Below, one piece after another: positions 27,753 to 41,487 of a stretch of DNA of 64,000 nt; position 1 is the first letter of the stretch, and each line of letters opens with the position of its first letter. The notes beneath the pieces were generated by a model, which saw nothing but the letters and a program-made list of their open reading frames with translations, ran no database searches and was not told the DNA's origin. The DNA comes from Chrysomallon squamiferum (taxonomy: Eukaryota; Animalia; Mollusca). Location of the stretch: NCBI GenBank assembly GCA_012295275.1, contig CM022677.1:23188001-23252000 (forward strand). The letters run 5' to 3'. Position numbers and translations under genes: made by a program.

Positions 27753-29337
27753 AAAATTATTTTTTTATACACATTATCAATATTTAAAGAGAACATAATT
27801 TCATAAAACTTCTTGTTTCGCCTAACCTGTTTGAAAATGTAATTTTGTTATCCTTCGGAAACTATTATTAATCTTTTTTTTATTATTATTATGAAATCAC
27901 ATCGTGTTTAGCTAAACTATTCTTACTGTCTACGTGATATAATTGTTAAATACGTCACATCATGTTTAATTAGACGATTCTTATTGTCTACGTAATACTT
28001 ACTTGTTGACTACTTCACTAGTGTGTGTTCAGCTCGGTTTGTCGTTTGTTTTGTTTTTGAAGTAATAGTAGTAGTAGTAATAGTAGTAGTTGTAGTAGTA
28101 ATCATGGTAATAATAGTAGTTTTAGTAACTGTTGTGGGTAATAGTATTAACTGTGGCAGCCATAACAGTAGCAATATTGAAAGATTTAGTCTAATAGTAA
28201 TTACTGTTACTATAAATAGTAGTAATCATAGCAGTGGTAAAAGCAGCAGAGTAGTAGTGTTAATTGTAACAGTAAAAGCTAGTGTTTAGGAATACTGATA
28301 TTTTATTAGAAGCAGTAGTAGTAGTTCTATACAGTTGTACTATCGTAGTAGTAGTAGTTGTAGTTATAATAATGTATATAAAGAACGTTCTAAATTTAAT
28401 TTTTTTCAAATTATGCTTTCATTTTTTTTTTTTTTATTCACTTATTTATTTGTTTGATTGATTTTTTTTTTTCCTTTTAAGAATTATCAAATTTCTGTCG
28501 ATTACCTTAAAAACACACACATACACACAGAGAATATACCGATGAAGTGTCAGTATTAATGTCTGAAAAAAAAAAAAAAAAAAAGATTTGCGTAAACTAA
28601 GATTCGTGGAAAATGACTAACTATCGTTTTTATCTTTAGTTTTATTCTTGAAGAATTACATTTCCCAGGACAACACGAGTTATCTAATTCCAGTAACAGT
28701 GACATGTTAATGGCATATTGCCAACGTAACAAAACAAAGAAAAATAAAACAATGAATACAATAAGAGCAACTTTGTCCATAATTACTACCAGTACTAGTG
28801 CACTAGTATTACTAACATAGTATTACTAATATTTCTATTACCATTTCTATTACAAGAGATAATATTAGCATTACTATTACAGCAATTGACATAGTTACTA
28901 CAGTTATAACAATTATTTTGTCTATAACTGCTGCTACTACTAAAATTATTACAGACAAAATACATTATATTTCAGGTGATTTATTTGAATGAAACAACAC
29001 CGCGATCTATTTCAAACTAGTTTTTTTGTTTGTTTGTTTTTTTGTTTGATATATAGAAAATATCTGGTAATTGAATGTATATATCTTTTTTCTCGACTAT
29101 CTTGAAATATATGTTTTGTGTGTGTGTGTGTGTGTGTCTTTGTGGTGTTTTGTATTGGTGTTGAACCTAATAACAGATCTGTCTAGGAGATATTGAAGTT
29201 CCTGCTCCAGCCTACACTAATTTCCAACAACCAGTTAATTTTTCGGGAATCCATTTGCATTCACAGAAATAAAACAAGATATCTTTTGAAATAACCGATA
29301 TAAAGGTACATTTTTTTTTTTTTTTTTTTAACCTTAA

Positions 29338-29535
29338 TGCTGAACCGAATACTGAGTAGAATGTGCATATAATGTTACAACACATAAATTACAGGACAAA
29401 AAGAAAGCATAGACAGAACATAAAAAGCATAAAAAGAATTGTATATGAGTACAGCTGCATTTAAACAAGGCGAAACCCTAAACTTGCTTAAACGTATCCT
29501 AAGCTCATTTGAATACCAGAGAGAGACTGTTATAA
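29338..29535 (+). repeat. Copy 2 of the degenerate direct duplication (copy 1 at 27473-27652)
   Basis: Same collinear blocks as copy 1. Confidence 0.8.
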
Positions 29536-29876
29536 TGTGTGCATATGGCTCTATCGTTTTATTACCCAATATTCTGACTGCCTGTTCCAAATTGTCGAGG
29601 TGAAATCAGCTGTCGAGGTGTGTGTCGGTGTGTGTGTGTGTGTGCGTCTGTGTGTATGTGGCTGTGACGTTTTATTACGCAGTATTCTTTCCAAACTGTC
29701 GAGGTGCATCAGCTGCGCGGGTCTAGACAGTATTGATCTGTTCTGAATCACGGGAAACTTTCCTCTACGTTTCCTCAAAAAGACGGGTTTTTCTAATGTG
29801 ATGCGCAACAAACTGTTCGGGATAGTTTGTTTTCTTGAGAATCCCGGAGATGTCGTAGTGACATTGTTACAGCATT

Positions 29877-29932
<56 letters not shown>

Positions 29933-30078
29933 ATAAAGTGATTAGCTAATGTGTTTAATATAGTTTATAGATATATAACAATATATGTGTGTGTGTGTGT
30001 GACACTCTTGACTTCATATCACATGTTCGGTTTACTGATTTTTCAAAAATCATTCTTCTAAATATTAGATGAAGCTAA

Positions 30079-30111
<33 letters not shown>

Positions 30112-30422
30112 AATAAATAAATAAATAAAGTAATGAAAAGTAAAAACGTGTTAAGTAAAACCGCTAATAACGAAGTTAAAGCGTGAACTCTTTATAAACA
30201 TTGCTGAACATTGCTGAACGGTTATCTTGTTCTTTATCGAAACATCTCCTTGTACTTTGATATTCTTTATTATAATTTTAAGAATCGTTTATCTTTATCA
30301 ATTTCAGTTTTTTCAGTTTTGACACTTATAAACAACTATCAGGCTCATTCCTAAGGACAGCAGTTTTTCAGTGAAACTCAGTCTGATTAGAGCATTGTTT
30401 CATATAATTACGTTCGAAATTA

Positions 30423-30667
30423 CGGTGGCGTGCAGAGGTCTGGTGATGCCCGGGGCCACCTCCTTGGTTGTGTGCCCCAAAGACTCAAGTACAAGGCCGA
30501 GTACTTAGAAATATTATCAGAAAGGACGATGTTTTGAATACTTTAACACAGATGAGTCATGAAATAAACACTTTAATCTCTGACTGGATGTCACCTCCGC
30601 ATTTGTTTGCCCCGTGCCACTGCCATTTCGCCCCTCCCTCCCCATTGCGCGTCACTGCACGCCACTG
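30423..30667. mobile_element. Non-autonomous hAT-type DNA transposon (MITE), 245 bp
   Basis: The left end CGGTGGCGTGCAG and the right end CTGCACGCCACTG form a 13-bp terminal inverted repeat (12/13 match). The flanks CGAAATTA and CAAAATTA form an 8-bp target-site duplication (7/8). The ends are GC-rich around an AT-rich core, with no transposase. Confidence 0.75.
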
Positions 30668-31038
30668 CAAAATTATAAGAGAAATGCTGCACGGGCCATG
30701 CATGTGTCAAGGTTTTGTAAAATGCCCAGGAAATATTTCAGTTTCGAGGAATTTCAGTGCATGTACTTTTCTCTGCGAAGGTCACAGTAACTCTGTATTT
30801 TCGAAGAATTTGTAATAAATAATAGTATATTGAAACCCCCCCCAAAAAAAAAAAAAAAACAGTGTTAGGTGTGGCGATATTTGAAGCTTACACGCAAGTG
30901 ATCTGGTTGTTAGCATAATAAATAAATAAAAAAATAAACAACAGCATTATAACTGATTAATGAGCTACAGGTATGTTCATGTCCATGCACAGCACAGGCA
31001 GATCATCATCAGTATTGTTGTTGTTGTTGTTGTTGTTG

Positions 31039-31082
<44 letters not shown>

Positions 31083-31711
31083 GTTATTATTATTGCCTGT
31101 TTGTGATTTTTTATGTGTTAATATGTTCTCTTTTACATGGATATGAATAGACTTGTAAATCATTAGTCATAGTAAGTAAAATTATGTAAGAATTAAATCA
31201 ACTAAATAAAATAAATTAAAATAAAATAAAATAAAATAAAATAAAATATTGATTATAATCCCATTCACCGGATAACCACCTAACTGAATCATCTAACCCC
31301 CCCCCCGACCCAAACATTAAAGTGAAATAATAATAATAATAAAATGTTAATTTTTACTATTAATCTTTTTTTGTTTGCTATTTTTACTATTAACCTTTTT
31401 TTTATGTATTAGGGGCGTTACTCCTATCCAAACGAAGCAGTTTGTGTTATCACTGGTTTAATTTTTCACGGTAAGGACAACTACGTGCAAATAAGTAATA
31501 ATACGTGTTATTTATGACTACTAATACAACGACCACGATTACTACTGCTACTACGGCTATTCTAGTAATAATATTAATGTAATAAAATAAAAAAATTGCC
31601 TTTAATACGGCTGACAAAAAGATTTTCTCTTTCTGTGTCGGTTTTACATAGAGCTAAATGCTATTTTTAATTATTTACTTTATGCGCCATCATCACACAC
31701 ACACACACACA

Positions 31712-31780
<69 letters not shown>

Positions 31781-32049
31781 ATTGATTAAATTAAATAAAT
31801 CGATTTTTGGTGTTTGTATACCTCACGCTCAGATTTTTAAATTAATTTTATTTTTATATCGTGTGTGAATAATTTTATTTGAAAATAGTTTGTAGATGTT
31901 ACTGTTAAAATATTAATTTCGCCATTACTAACATATAAAAAGTTTATTATAACTGTTCGTTTGTTTTATTAATATATACTGTTACGGTGAATTTATATGT
32001 CTAGATGAAGGGAACTTCTACGTTCATCCGATAAATAATTATAATACAG

Positions 32050-32082
<33 letters not shown>

Positions 32083-32099
32083 TTTTGTCAAAACCATTT

Positions 32100-32170
32100 C
32101 TGGTTTCGAAACAAACGATCACGATCTTCCACTGGTTCTTTCTCGCATACTAACGTAATAAGAATGAAGC
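32100..32170 (+). other. Candidate non-coding first exon of RAMAC
   Basis: CpG-containing segment ending in GC|GTAAGT at 32170/32171, at the boundary where the CpG depletion of the RAM gene body begins. An upstream exon is required by the acceptor at 33613-33614. Confidence 0.35.
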
Positions 32171-33518
32171 GTAAGTTTTTAAATTCACCGTTGTTCAGAA
32201 AATACTGCGAGAAAGTAGGTAAAAAGTAAATTGCTTGATGTTAAATTACCTTATTCATAATAAATCAACTGTCTTTTTAATTATTATATCTTTACATTCT
32301 AATAGATATTTCTGTTACAGATATTTTTGCTTCTGTTATCTTATTTACTTTGAAATATATCACGCTAGTCTAGTAAGTAATAATAAAATCGCTGGTTCGA
32401 TGTAGTTTAATTATTAATACAATTGTTCGTAACAAATGCCATGAACTGGTTGCATAATCATGACTGGTATCTTATTACTGTTATTATTATATTTTGTGTT
32501 TATTATTTATTTATTTTATATACACTATAAAAATTAGAAATATAATAAATGTTGAACTGTTACCTATTAGTGTTAAAATACGACACTGCAAATCACACAG
32601 CTGGCTGCCTTTTTGTAGCTTTAACATCAGTGTTTTGAAAAGCCACAGTTTTAAGTATCCTGAACATCCATGTGACCAGTTATTCATTTATTTATTTAAG
32701 GTGAAAAAGAACATTATACATGTACAATAAAATTACAGTTTACAAACCTATGCAAATATGGATCAGGGATTAGAGGCTGCAAGTAATCTAATAAAAATAA
32801 AAAATAAACCCATCAGAACACAACCTTTGTTAACTAATTTCAACATGCAAACAGAATATCAGTGCATACATGTCTGCATACATGTAGATGTCTGAGCATG
32901 AGGTATCCAAAATTCTATTTATTTAATTACTTAACGAGAGAACGAGAGAGAGAGAGAGAGGTGCCAGTTTTCATTACAATGACTTGGTTATCTCTTTGCA
33001 AAGTAAATCCTGGATCAAACAAAACACAAGAATTTCGCGAGAATTTAATTGAAAATGAATTTATGAGAATGAGAACATGAATAGACTCAATGATTTGATG
33101 AAGTTTTCATGGGATGAATAACATATTTCCTGTTTTGATTTCAACAGTGTTCTGAAATAATGGAAAAAAGATACATTTTGGAAAATGTGTAAGTCCAAGT
33201 ACTGAATGTTTGCTGACCTATAGAAACATCTGTGTTGTTAATTAACTTCAGCATTAGTTGTCTCCCCTGGAACCTTATTGAAAATTTAAGAATAAACAAA
33301 AATATTTCAGGAATGAAAAATATATTTCAAAAGTAATTCATTTCATAATAAATATTAGTAAAATAATGTTACTAAAATTAATAATAATCCTAATCATTAA
33401 TGACCCCTTAATTTTTATTTTTATCATTTGAGTAAATAATGAAAAGTTTATTTTTGAATGTGTATATTGGTATTCTTTTTCAGTATTGCTATGTGTTTGA
33501 TTGTACTGTGTGAGTGTT

Positions 33519-33551
<33 letters not shown>

Positions 33552-33616
33552 TTAGTGTTTATGATGGTGGACATTTTATTGTTATTATCTTCTTTCTGAA
33601 TTTGATTTTTTTAGAA

Positions 33617-34402
33617 ATGGCCACAGATACAACGTCATCCAGTTCAGCAAGTGAGACTGTTAACGCGTACGAAGAAATGTTTAAACACCGATACACTGAG
33701 GAGGACGAGGAGTTCATGAAGACGGCGTCCAGACCCCTAGCACCCCCTCCCTGTGTCACCGGCTGGTTCACTAAAAGACGAAACGACTGGGGTCGCAGAG
33801 GGTAAGTGTCAAAAGTTTTATTTAACTAGATTACTAGATTGGTTTACCCATTAATTATATATTCATTTCTAAGTTTTGGTTCAGATTCTAACATGTAAAT
33901 CAAAATAGTTATCTTTTTTCTTATAGCTGATGTAGATTTTAAAAGTTAAGATGATTGTGTGTGTGTGTGTGTGTGTGATTTATAACTATACATATATGTT
34001 TTTAATGATCATTATTATATGTATGTCTGCATGTCTGTCTCTTTTTCTCTAAATATATATATATATTTATTTAGCTATCTATCTATCCATACATAACAAA
34101 ACACACACACACACACACATATATATATGTATATGTAAAATATTCCTGAATTTAGAAATTATTTATTTTAATTGTAACACATCTGTAGAGGTCACGACAG
34201 TCGTAACTGGCGAGAGGGAAACAGGCAGAGTCAGAAAGACTGGAACCATGGCGACGGAGGTCAGCATGGTGGTTACCGGGACAACAGCGGCTACCGGGAC
34301 CGTCGCTATGATAACCAAGGTGCCCGTGGAGATTACCAGGATTACGGTGGACATGGAAATTACCATGATAACAGAGGACAATATCAGAGGTACAGGGAAT
34401 GA
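33617..34402 (+). CDS. RAMAC: RNA guanine-N7 methyltransferase activating subunit (RAM / FAM103A1), 2 coding exons, 132 aa
   Basis: Exon 33617-33801 reads MATDTTSSSSASETVNAYEEMFKHRYTEEDEEFMKTASRPLAPPPCVTGW..., matching the RAM N-terminal motif EEMF..R.TE.D.E....RP..PPP.V..W; its donor is GG|GTAAGT. Exon 34189-34402 encodes a G/R/N/D/Y/Q-rich tail (GHDSRNWREGNRQ...YQRYRE*) like the RAM RNA-binding and QYP-type C-terminal region. An acceptor TTAG lies 2 nt before the ATG, implying a non-coding upstream exon. Confidence 0.88.
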
Positions 34403-35166
34403 CGTGAAACTGCTGATTTTACGGGTTTCACCTCACACCTCCAAGACTGGCTTTGACAGGGTGGGAGAAAGCTGTGGTGTTTAGATCGGGAAATTATGAT
34501 GAATTTGACTCTGAGATAGAATCTTGGGTTAAAACAGGTTGACATTTTTTTTGATTATAAAGTTCTGATATGTGGGGAAAAAAGGAACCTGAAATAAATT
34601 TGGGTTGGTCAGTGTCTGGTAAATTGAGTATACAAAGCCAAAAAATCATTGTAGACACTGAATATAACAATTATTCCCAGAGTATTTTTTGTATTGTTTG
34701 TATTTAATGTTTTTTTTTTTTTATAAATATGTCATATGAACTGGCTGGAAATATGCCAGAATTACGAAAACTGCCTGTCTGTTTTAAAATATAACTTCAT
34801 TTTATATACAACAGGTTTTATTGACAGAAAACTAAAAAAATTCAGTCCATGGCAGACATTTCATCAGTTGTTAAATCAGTATTTGGGGAAAAAACAAACC
34901 TACTTTGAGTCATCTTTAAACATTAACATTTTAAAACTTTTATTTGATATTTTCAGAATAGGTATTTTTTAATAAATTAAAAGAATTAAAAAGGACATAC
35001 ATGTAAGATTAAAAAGAAAAAAAGGACAAATGTAAATTTGATCCATAATATTAAAAAGGTAATAAAAAGAACTATAATAGAAATTTGTTTTATTTATTAT
35101 TGGATTTTAATTATTATTATTTATTTTTTTAATGAATGAATGATTATAACAGTCCTGTCTGACATA

Positions 35167-35287
<121 letters not shown>

Positions 35288-36357
35288 GAATAGTTTAAAA
35301 AATATTTATCAGATGGGAAAAAACTGTATTTCTTTTCATAATTAGGAAATGTAAGAAACACCAGGGAAAGTATTAACAGAAAGTAGCTGGAATTCAATAA
35401 ATATTAATAAATATGGATATTATTATTAGTAAAGTAGAAATAGAAATATAGAAATATTAAGGAAAATGTTAGAACACAGAATATTATTATTATGATTTTA
35501 TTATTATTTAGTATTGGGTTTTTTTATTTTCTTCTTTTTTAAAATAAACATAACCTTCGCTAATATTAGGTCATCATAACCTTTCGTTGACTGTGAATAC
35601 AAATCGCTGCTACATCTGTCACAACAGTGCGAACAGTAAAACCTCGATAACTCGTATTTAATCTCTAAAATGTTGACCTTCCAAAAAAATAAAATACTGT
35701 ATAGAGTTACTGAGTGATTTTATTTAAAAGAGTTTAAGAAGTGGTGGGTTGGCCATCACTTCAAGCGTGCAAAGCTTATTTTTATGTGTTAACAAATGTT
35801 TGTTGATATTTTATTTGCTTGCTCATTAGGAGTATTTCATATTAAAAAATAAAATGTATATATTAACAAAATTATTTGCCTATACGATTAAAAACGAAAT
35901 TGATCGAAATGATTTTTATAAGCCAATAAATCGATCTGAATTTCTGAAACGAAAGTAATTAATTTAATTGAAATAAACTGCCAGCATGTCAATAAATTGA
36001 TGTTCCAAAGAAATCTCGTTAAACAAACAAACAATACATACATTACAAGTGTAGCCAAACAAAAATTTCAAAACGCAACAGTGTCCTGTCACCCTGACAT
36101 ATAACACAAAAATTATGGATCTGTTTTTTCAAAAAGCCGTGATCCATTACAGTCGACTCGGTAAATATGTTACAATGATGATGATGATGATGATAATAAT
36201 AATGATAACAGACCAGACAAACTAACTGAAATGTTGTACTGTTGTATTTATTTGTTTCCACGGAAAGTCATCCAGCTAGAGACAAGAAAGTACACACCGC
36301 GTCTTTTGTCTGTTTACGAGAAAATAATCTGAATAATCCACAATATTTACCTGTGTG

Positions 36358-36395
<38 letters not shown>

Positions 36396-37178
36396 CGGCT
36401 GATGTCATTAAAATGTACTGAGACTTTTTTTTTAGATTAAAAACCGTTTATTCACTCAACATGACACTTTAAAAGCTATCTACATTTTTAATGTTACAGC
36501 GCTGTTTTGAAACACTGAAATCCCCTGAATTATGAACACATAAAAAATTTGCACACACGTTAGAGTCGCGATAAACCTGTAACATAATAAATGTCGTCTG
36601 CAATTTGGAACATGTAAACACAAGTTCAGAAACTGCTCTACTGTATTTCAGTTAAGAATGCTCTAGAAAAAAAAAAAATTCACTAACATTTATTAGGTTA
36701 CCCTGATAAGTAAAGACTTTTTTAAAATTAAATTATATTAAACTTTGTAATGGCAGAGCTTAATAAAATTTCATGAAAATTTATATGTCCTGTTCATGCC
36801 AGAGTCCTAAGTACGATTTAACAAATAAATGTATTTCTGTTGTTGGCAAGGATCCCTAATTCATACCAATGTAATGCAATATAACGTGATATAATGCACA
36901 TACAGACAGATATATTTGTATTGCTTAACGCTTTGTTTTCATTTCCGAAGACAAGGATGCCATAATCTCTAAGTTATAATCTCTGTTTAGAAAAAAGATA
37001 TCTACCCCCACACACACTAAAAAAATATACAGATTCTAAATGTAGAAAAGCTGAGAAGGGTTATTATACACAAATTGTTATGTGTTTTGGTTTACATTGT
37101 TATAATAAATTCACAAAAACGGTGACATCAGTTTCTCTTAACAAAAAATGCATTATATATATATATATGCACACAATT

Positions 37179-37215
<37 letters not shown>

Positions 37216-37220
37216 CATAA

Positions 37221-37290
<70 letters not shown>

Positions 37291-37792
37291 CACACACACA
37301 CACAGAGAGAACACACACATTATGCAGAAAATATACTGAGTAAACACACACACCTATATACTGAGAGATATATATATCACAACCTATGTATTCATTATCT
37401 AGTAAACAAAGTAAAGTAAATAACACTGTTGATATTCAAAGATTTTGTCTTGTCTCGCACTTGTAGAGGCATGAATAAAATTCCGATCTCTTGTTGCTCT
37501 CAGGTGGTCTGTATAAGGAGGTCAGTAGGATGGAAATTAAGACGTACGTACAGAGTAGATTACTGAGATCAGTGGAATTATTTCTCTGACGTGTCAAGGC
37601 TGCTCGACCAGCAATCGTGACCTCGTTAGCAATTTAAATGTTTTGTTTTTAATGGGCGTTCGTGAGTGTTCATGTGTGTATGTGTGTACGTGCGTGTATA
37701 TCTGGTTTTACTTAACGGTTTTGTAAAGTGGCGTACTGCAGGGAGAGATTCATGTAAACGATACTAGCTGCTGAATAGCTAGAGTACACATG

Positions 37793-37852
<60 letters not shown>

Positions 37853-38527
37853 CTCTCTCTATATATATATATGTTATAGAAAGAGAGAAGTTATTTCCCG
37901 TTCCATCAACGGTTACTGATTTATTAAAGAACATTTTGTATATATTTATTTCCAGCACATTACAGCAACAACAAAAAAAAAAAAGCAACACAAAGAACAA
38001 AATGTCAACAACAACAACGATGATAATAATGATAATAATAATGAGGTGCCTGGAAACAGAAACTAGTTAATTAATCACAAAGAAATTTACAAACACTGAT
38101 TAACAGTAATGAAAACAGCAAAACATTTGTTTACTAAATATGTCAAATTATTTGGAACAGACTTTAAGAATGGAACTGAAAAAAATTTCCATAGCGGAAA
38201 AATTAAAGATAGACCATCATAAAGTATATATATGTAACACATAGACTCTGTTTAGCGGTAAGCAAATTATATCTACTCCACCATACACACACCTGTCTCT
38301 GTTTTTCTCGCTCCTCCGATTTTCACAAAAGCATTGCGAAACAATAACAGTAACTAAATAACTAAGTACCTAACTAACTAAATACAAATAAATATAAAAA
38401 CTGGATTAAAACGCGATATAATTACTTTTTAGTATTTTAAAGTCTATAGTTTCAGGGCTCATTTATTTATTTAATTATTTATTTATTTTACTACTACTAC
38501 TACTACTGCTGCTGCTACTACTATTGC

Positions 38528-38588
<61 letters not shown>

Positions 38589-39184
38589 TAAAGCCAGTTC
38601 TGCTTTATGACTGAGAAGACTGCCAGCTAAAAAAAATCAATATTATCATGACCAAACCGAAGCAAATTAAGTCGTTATTAGTTAATTATGATGTAAGTAG
38701 TAAATATCTTATCATTATCTTCAACAAACTGACCGGCAGTAACTGAATTACGAACTGCATCAAGGAACCTTTACCCCCCCCCATCCTTGATGGATCCTCC
38801 CCTGATATTATCAGGTAGAAAAACCCTCTTTATGTTTACCGATCTGAAAGTGCAAAACTAACTGAACGGAAATAATAGGTCAAACAGAAAGAGGCCAAAA
38901 ATCTAGGGTTGACAGAACACAATAATCAGTTGAGATGAATACATTGGCATCTGTAATTATAATTAACTTGTCATGGATCAGTGAATGTTTCAGCAAAAAC
39001 ATGTTTTTCGTTAAATGAAAATAATGACGTTAATCTCATAAACTGCAGGATTACAGTACAGAGAAGATGAAATAGATTATATAGATATATAAGAACAAAT
39101 TAAAATGCACATGCGTGGAAATTTAAAATGTAATGAATTTAAATATTTTACACTTGATGAGAAAGTAACACACACACATATACG

Positions 39185-39224
<40 letters not shown>

Positions 39225-40043
39225 CACGGATATTCAAAGATGTTTTTTTTACCAAATATACACCATACATACAAATAGAATTAAAATAAACCATTCAGAA
39301 AGTATTCTAGTTTTAGAAGACACACAACAATACTTTCATAAATAAATTATAAATAATTTAAATGAAGAATTAACTGTAATCATAATAACTGCGACCACCA
39401 TTAAAATTCAGACAACATCAACGAGCACCTACCACAGCTTTTACTAGTATACTACTAATATTATTGCTACTACTACTACCACACAATTATTACTACCACA
39501 GTGACTATTATACTATCACTACTCTGGTTCTAACATTATTAATGCTTCTGTTATTTACTAATACTGTTGCAACAGTACCATTACTACTACTACTACTGTT
39601 ACAACAGTACCATTACTACTACTACTACTACTGCTACTGCTACTACTTCTGCTACTTACTACTCCTACTACTACTACTTCTACTACTACTACTAATAATA
39701 ATAATATTTACTATTATTACAAGCTAATACCCATACTTATTATTATTAATGATGACAAACGACGATATTTATTATCCTTGTCATTATCAAAAAAAAAAAA
39801 AAAAAAAAAAAACCCGTTGACAATTCTGTTTGCAGTTATATTTAGGCGTATCGTAGCGCACTATTTACTATTACGTTACAAGAAAGCTTACGCGTGTTCA
39901 ATTGCGTTTGACAGTTCGTACAACCAGGTCAAATAAAACGTGTTCGCTTGTCTGCAGAGCGTACGTTCATTGAAAACTAGAATTTCTGTCAACATCACCA
40001 CCTTCCTACAGAACTTGTCCAAACCTCAGTAGCTCAAGCAGTC

Positions 40044-40319
40044 ATGGAATCCATAGCAACCCATACAGAAAAATTTGAATGTGAACAAATGGGGACTGAA
40101 AACGAATACGAAAACGAATTTTCAGACACAACCAACCTTATTGCTCCCAGAGATTTGGAAGAACTGATAGGACGACTTCATAAAATATTTGCCAGCGACC
40201 ACGTCAACGTCGAGTATGTGCAGAAGTTGATGTCGTCGTACGGTAGCAAGCCGAGCGAATGGAAAAAATTTGCCAAGTTCGATCAGCATAGGTAAGTCTT
40301 TAATTATTTATTAATTAAT

Positions 40320-40359
<40 letters not shown>

Positions 40360-40940
40360 CGGATGGAGTAAAAGGTGTTTAATTTCTTTATGTCAGTAAA
40401 TATTATAATATAAATTATGTGGCTTTGTAGGCATATATATATGAAATTCGATATTTTTATTTCTGTTAGTTTTTGTTCACATACCGACACTCGTTCTCTT
40501 ATACGCACACGCTCACGCACAAAAGCATGTCTACAATGAATAAATTTCGTATAGAAGCCATATAAGATCACAGAGATGATTAGAAAAATTAATGAATATT
40601 AAATTTTTTTTTTTTTTTTTTTTACAATGTGTAATATAGTATGTTACAACAATATTGTTTTTCATTTTATTTTCGTAAAGGTTTTTAGTACTATCTAAGT
40701 GCAGTCGAGAAATTTATAGTTCTGTTTAGTAATGTTTACGTAAATATTTCTAAAATGTCATGGTACTGTGCAACAAAAGATAAAAAAAAAAAAAATTAAA
40801 TGTGGACTTTCTGTGTTGAACAGTACTTCAGGAAAATAGAGAGAGAGAGAGAGAAAAAAAAAATGATTAGGTTTAGAGAAAACTGCCATAAAGCACGCTA
40901 TCGTCTTTAGCTTACTTAAAGCAGATATCTCTCTCTGTTT

Positions 40941-41020
<80 letters not shown>

Positions 41021-41429
41021 TAATAAAGAAAGAAAGATGTAAAATTAAAATATTCAATTAGTTAATTTCAGGCGGATAATCTGTGAAAAATTAAACTGAA
41101 ACTGTCCAAATGAAGACATTTCAGTTGTTTAGTAGGATTATGTTATAAATAATAAGAATTTTATTATAAAGATAAGAATAGATTGACAGAAAATACAAGT
41201 CACAAACCATCTTGATCCTCTGCTGATTAAATAACTGATGTTAAACAATAAGCCATTTCGCTGCGATGCCCCATCTATGGGAAGGTTGTTATTCAGAACA
41301 CTTTTTGCTTATCAGTAAAAGTACATTGGTAGGTGCGGGTTTTTCCTCATAAATAAACAGAAGGAGAAACAATAATAATTAACGTATGTAAAACTTATTT
41401 TTTTAATTCTCAATTAAAACAACTAAGAA

Positions 41430-41487
<58 letters not shown>

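Noticed and set aside
30468-30815. 115-aa ORF as a possible transposase or novel gene
   Set aside because: It starts inside the MITE, runs out through its TIR and has no transposase motifs.
34163-34484. ORFs 34248-34484 (+) and 34163-34381 (-)
   Set aside because: These are alternative-frame and antisense shadows of RAMAC coding exon 2. The splice phase selects the G/R/Y-rich frame ending at 34402.
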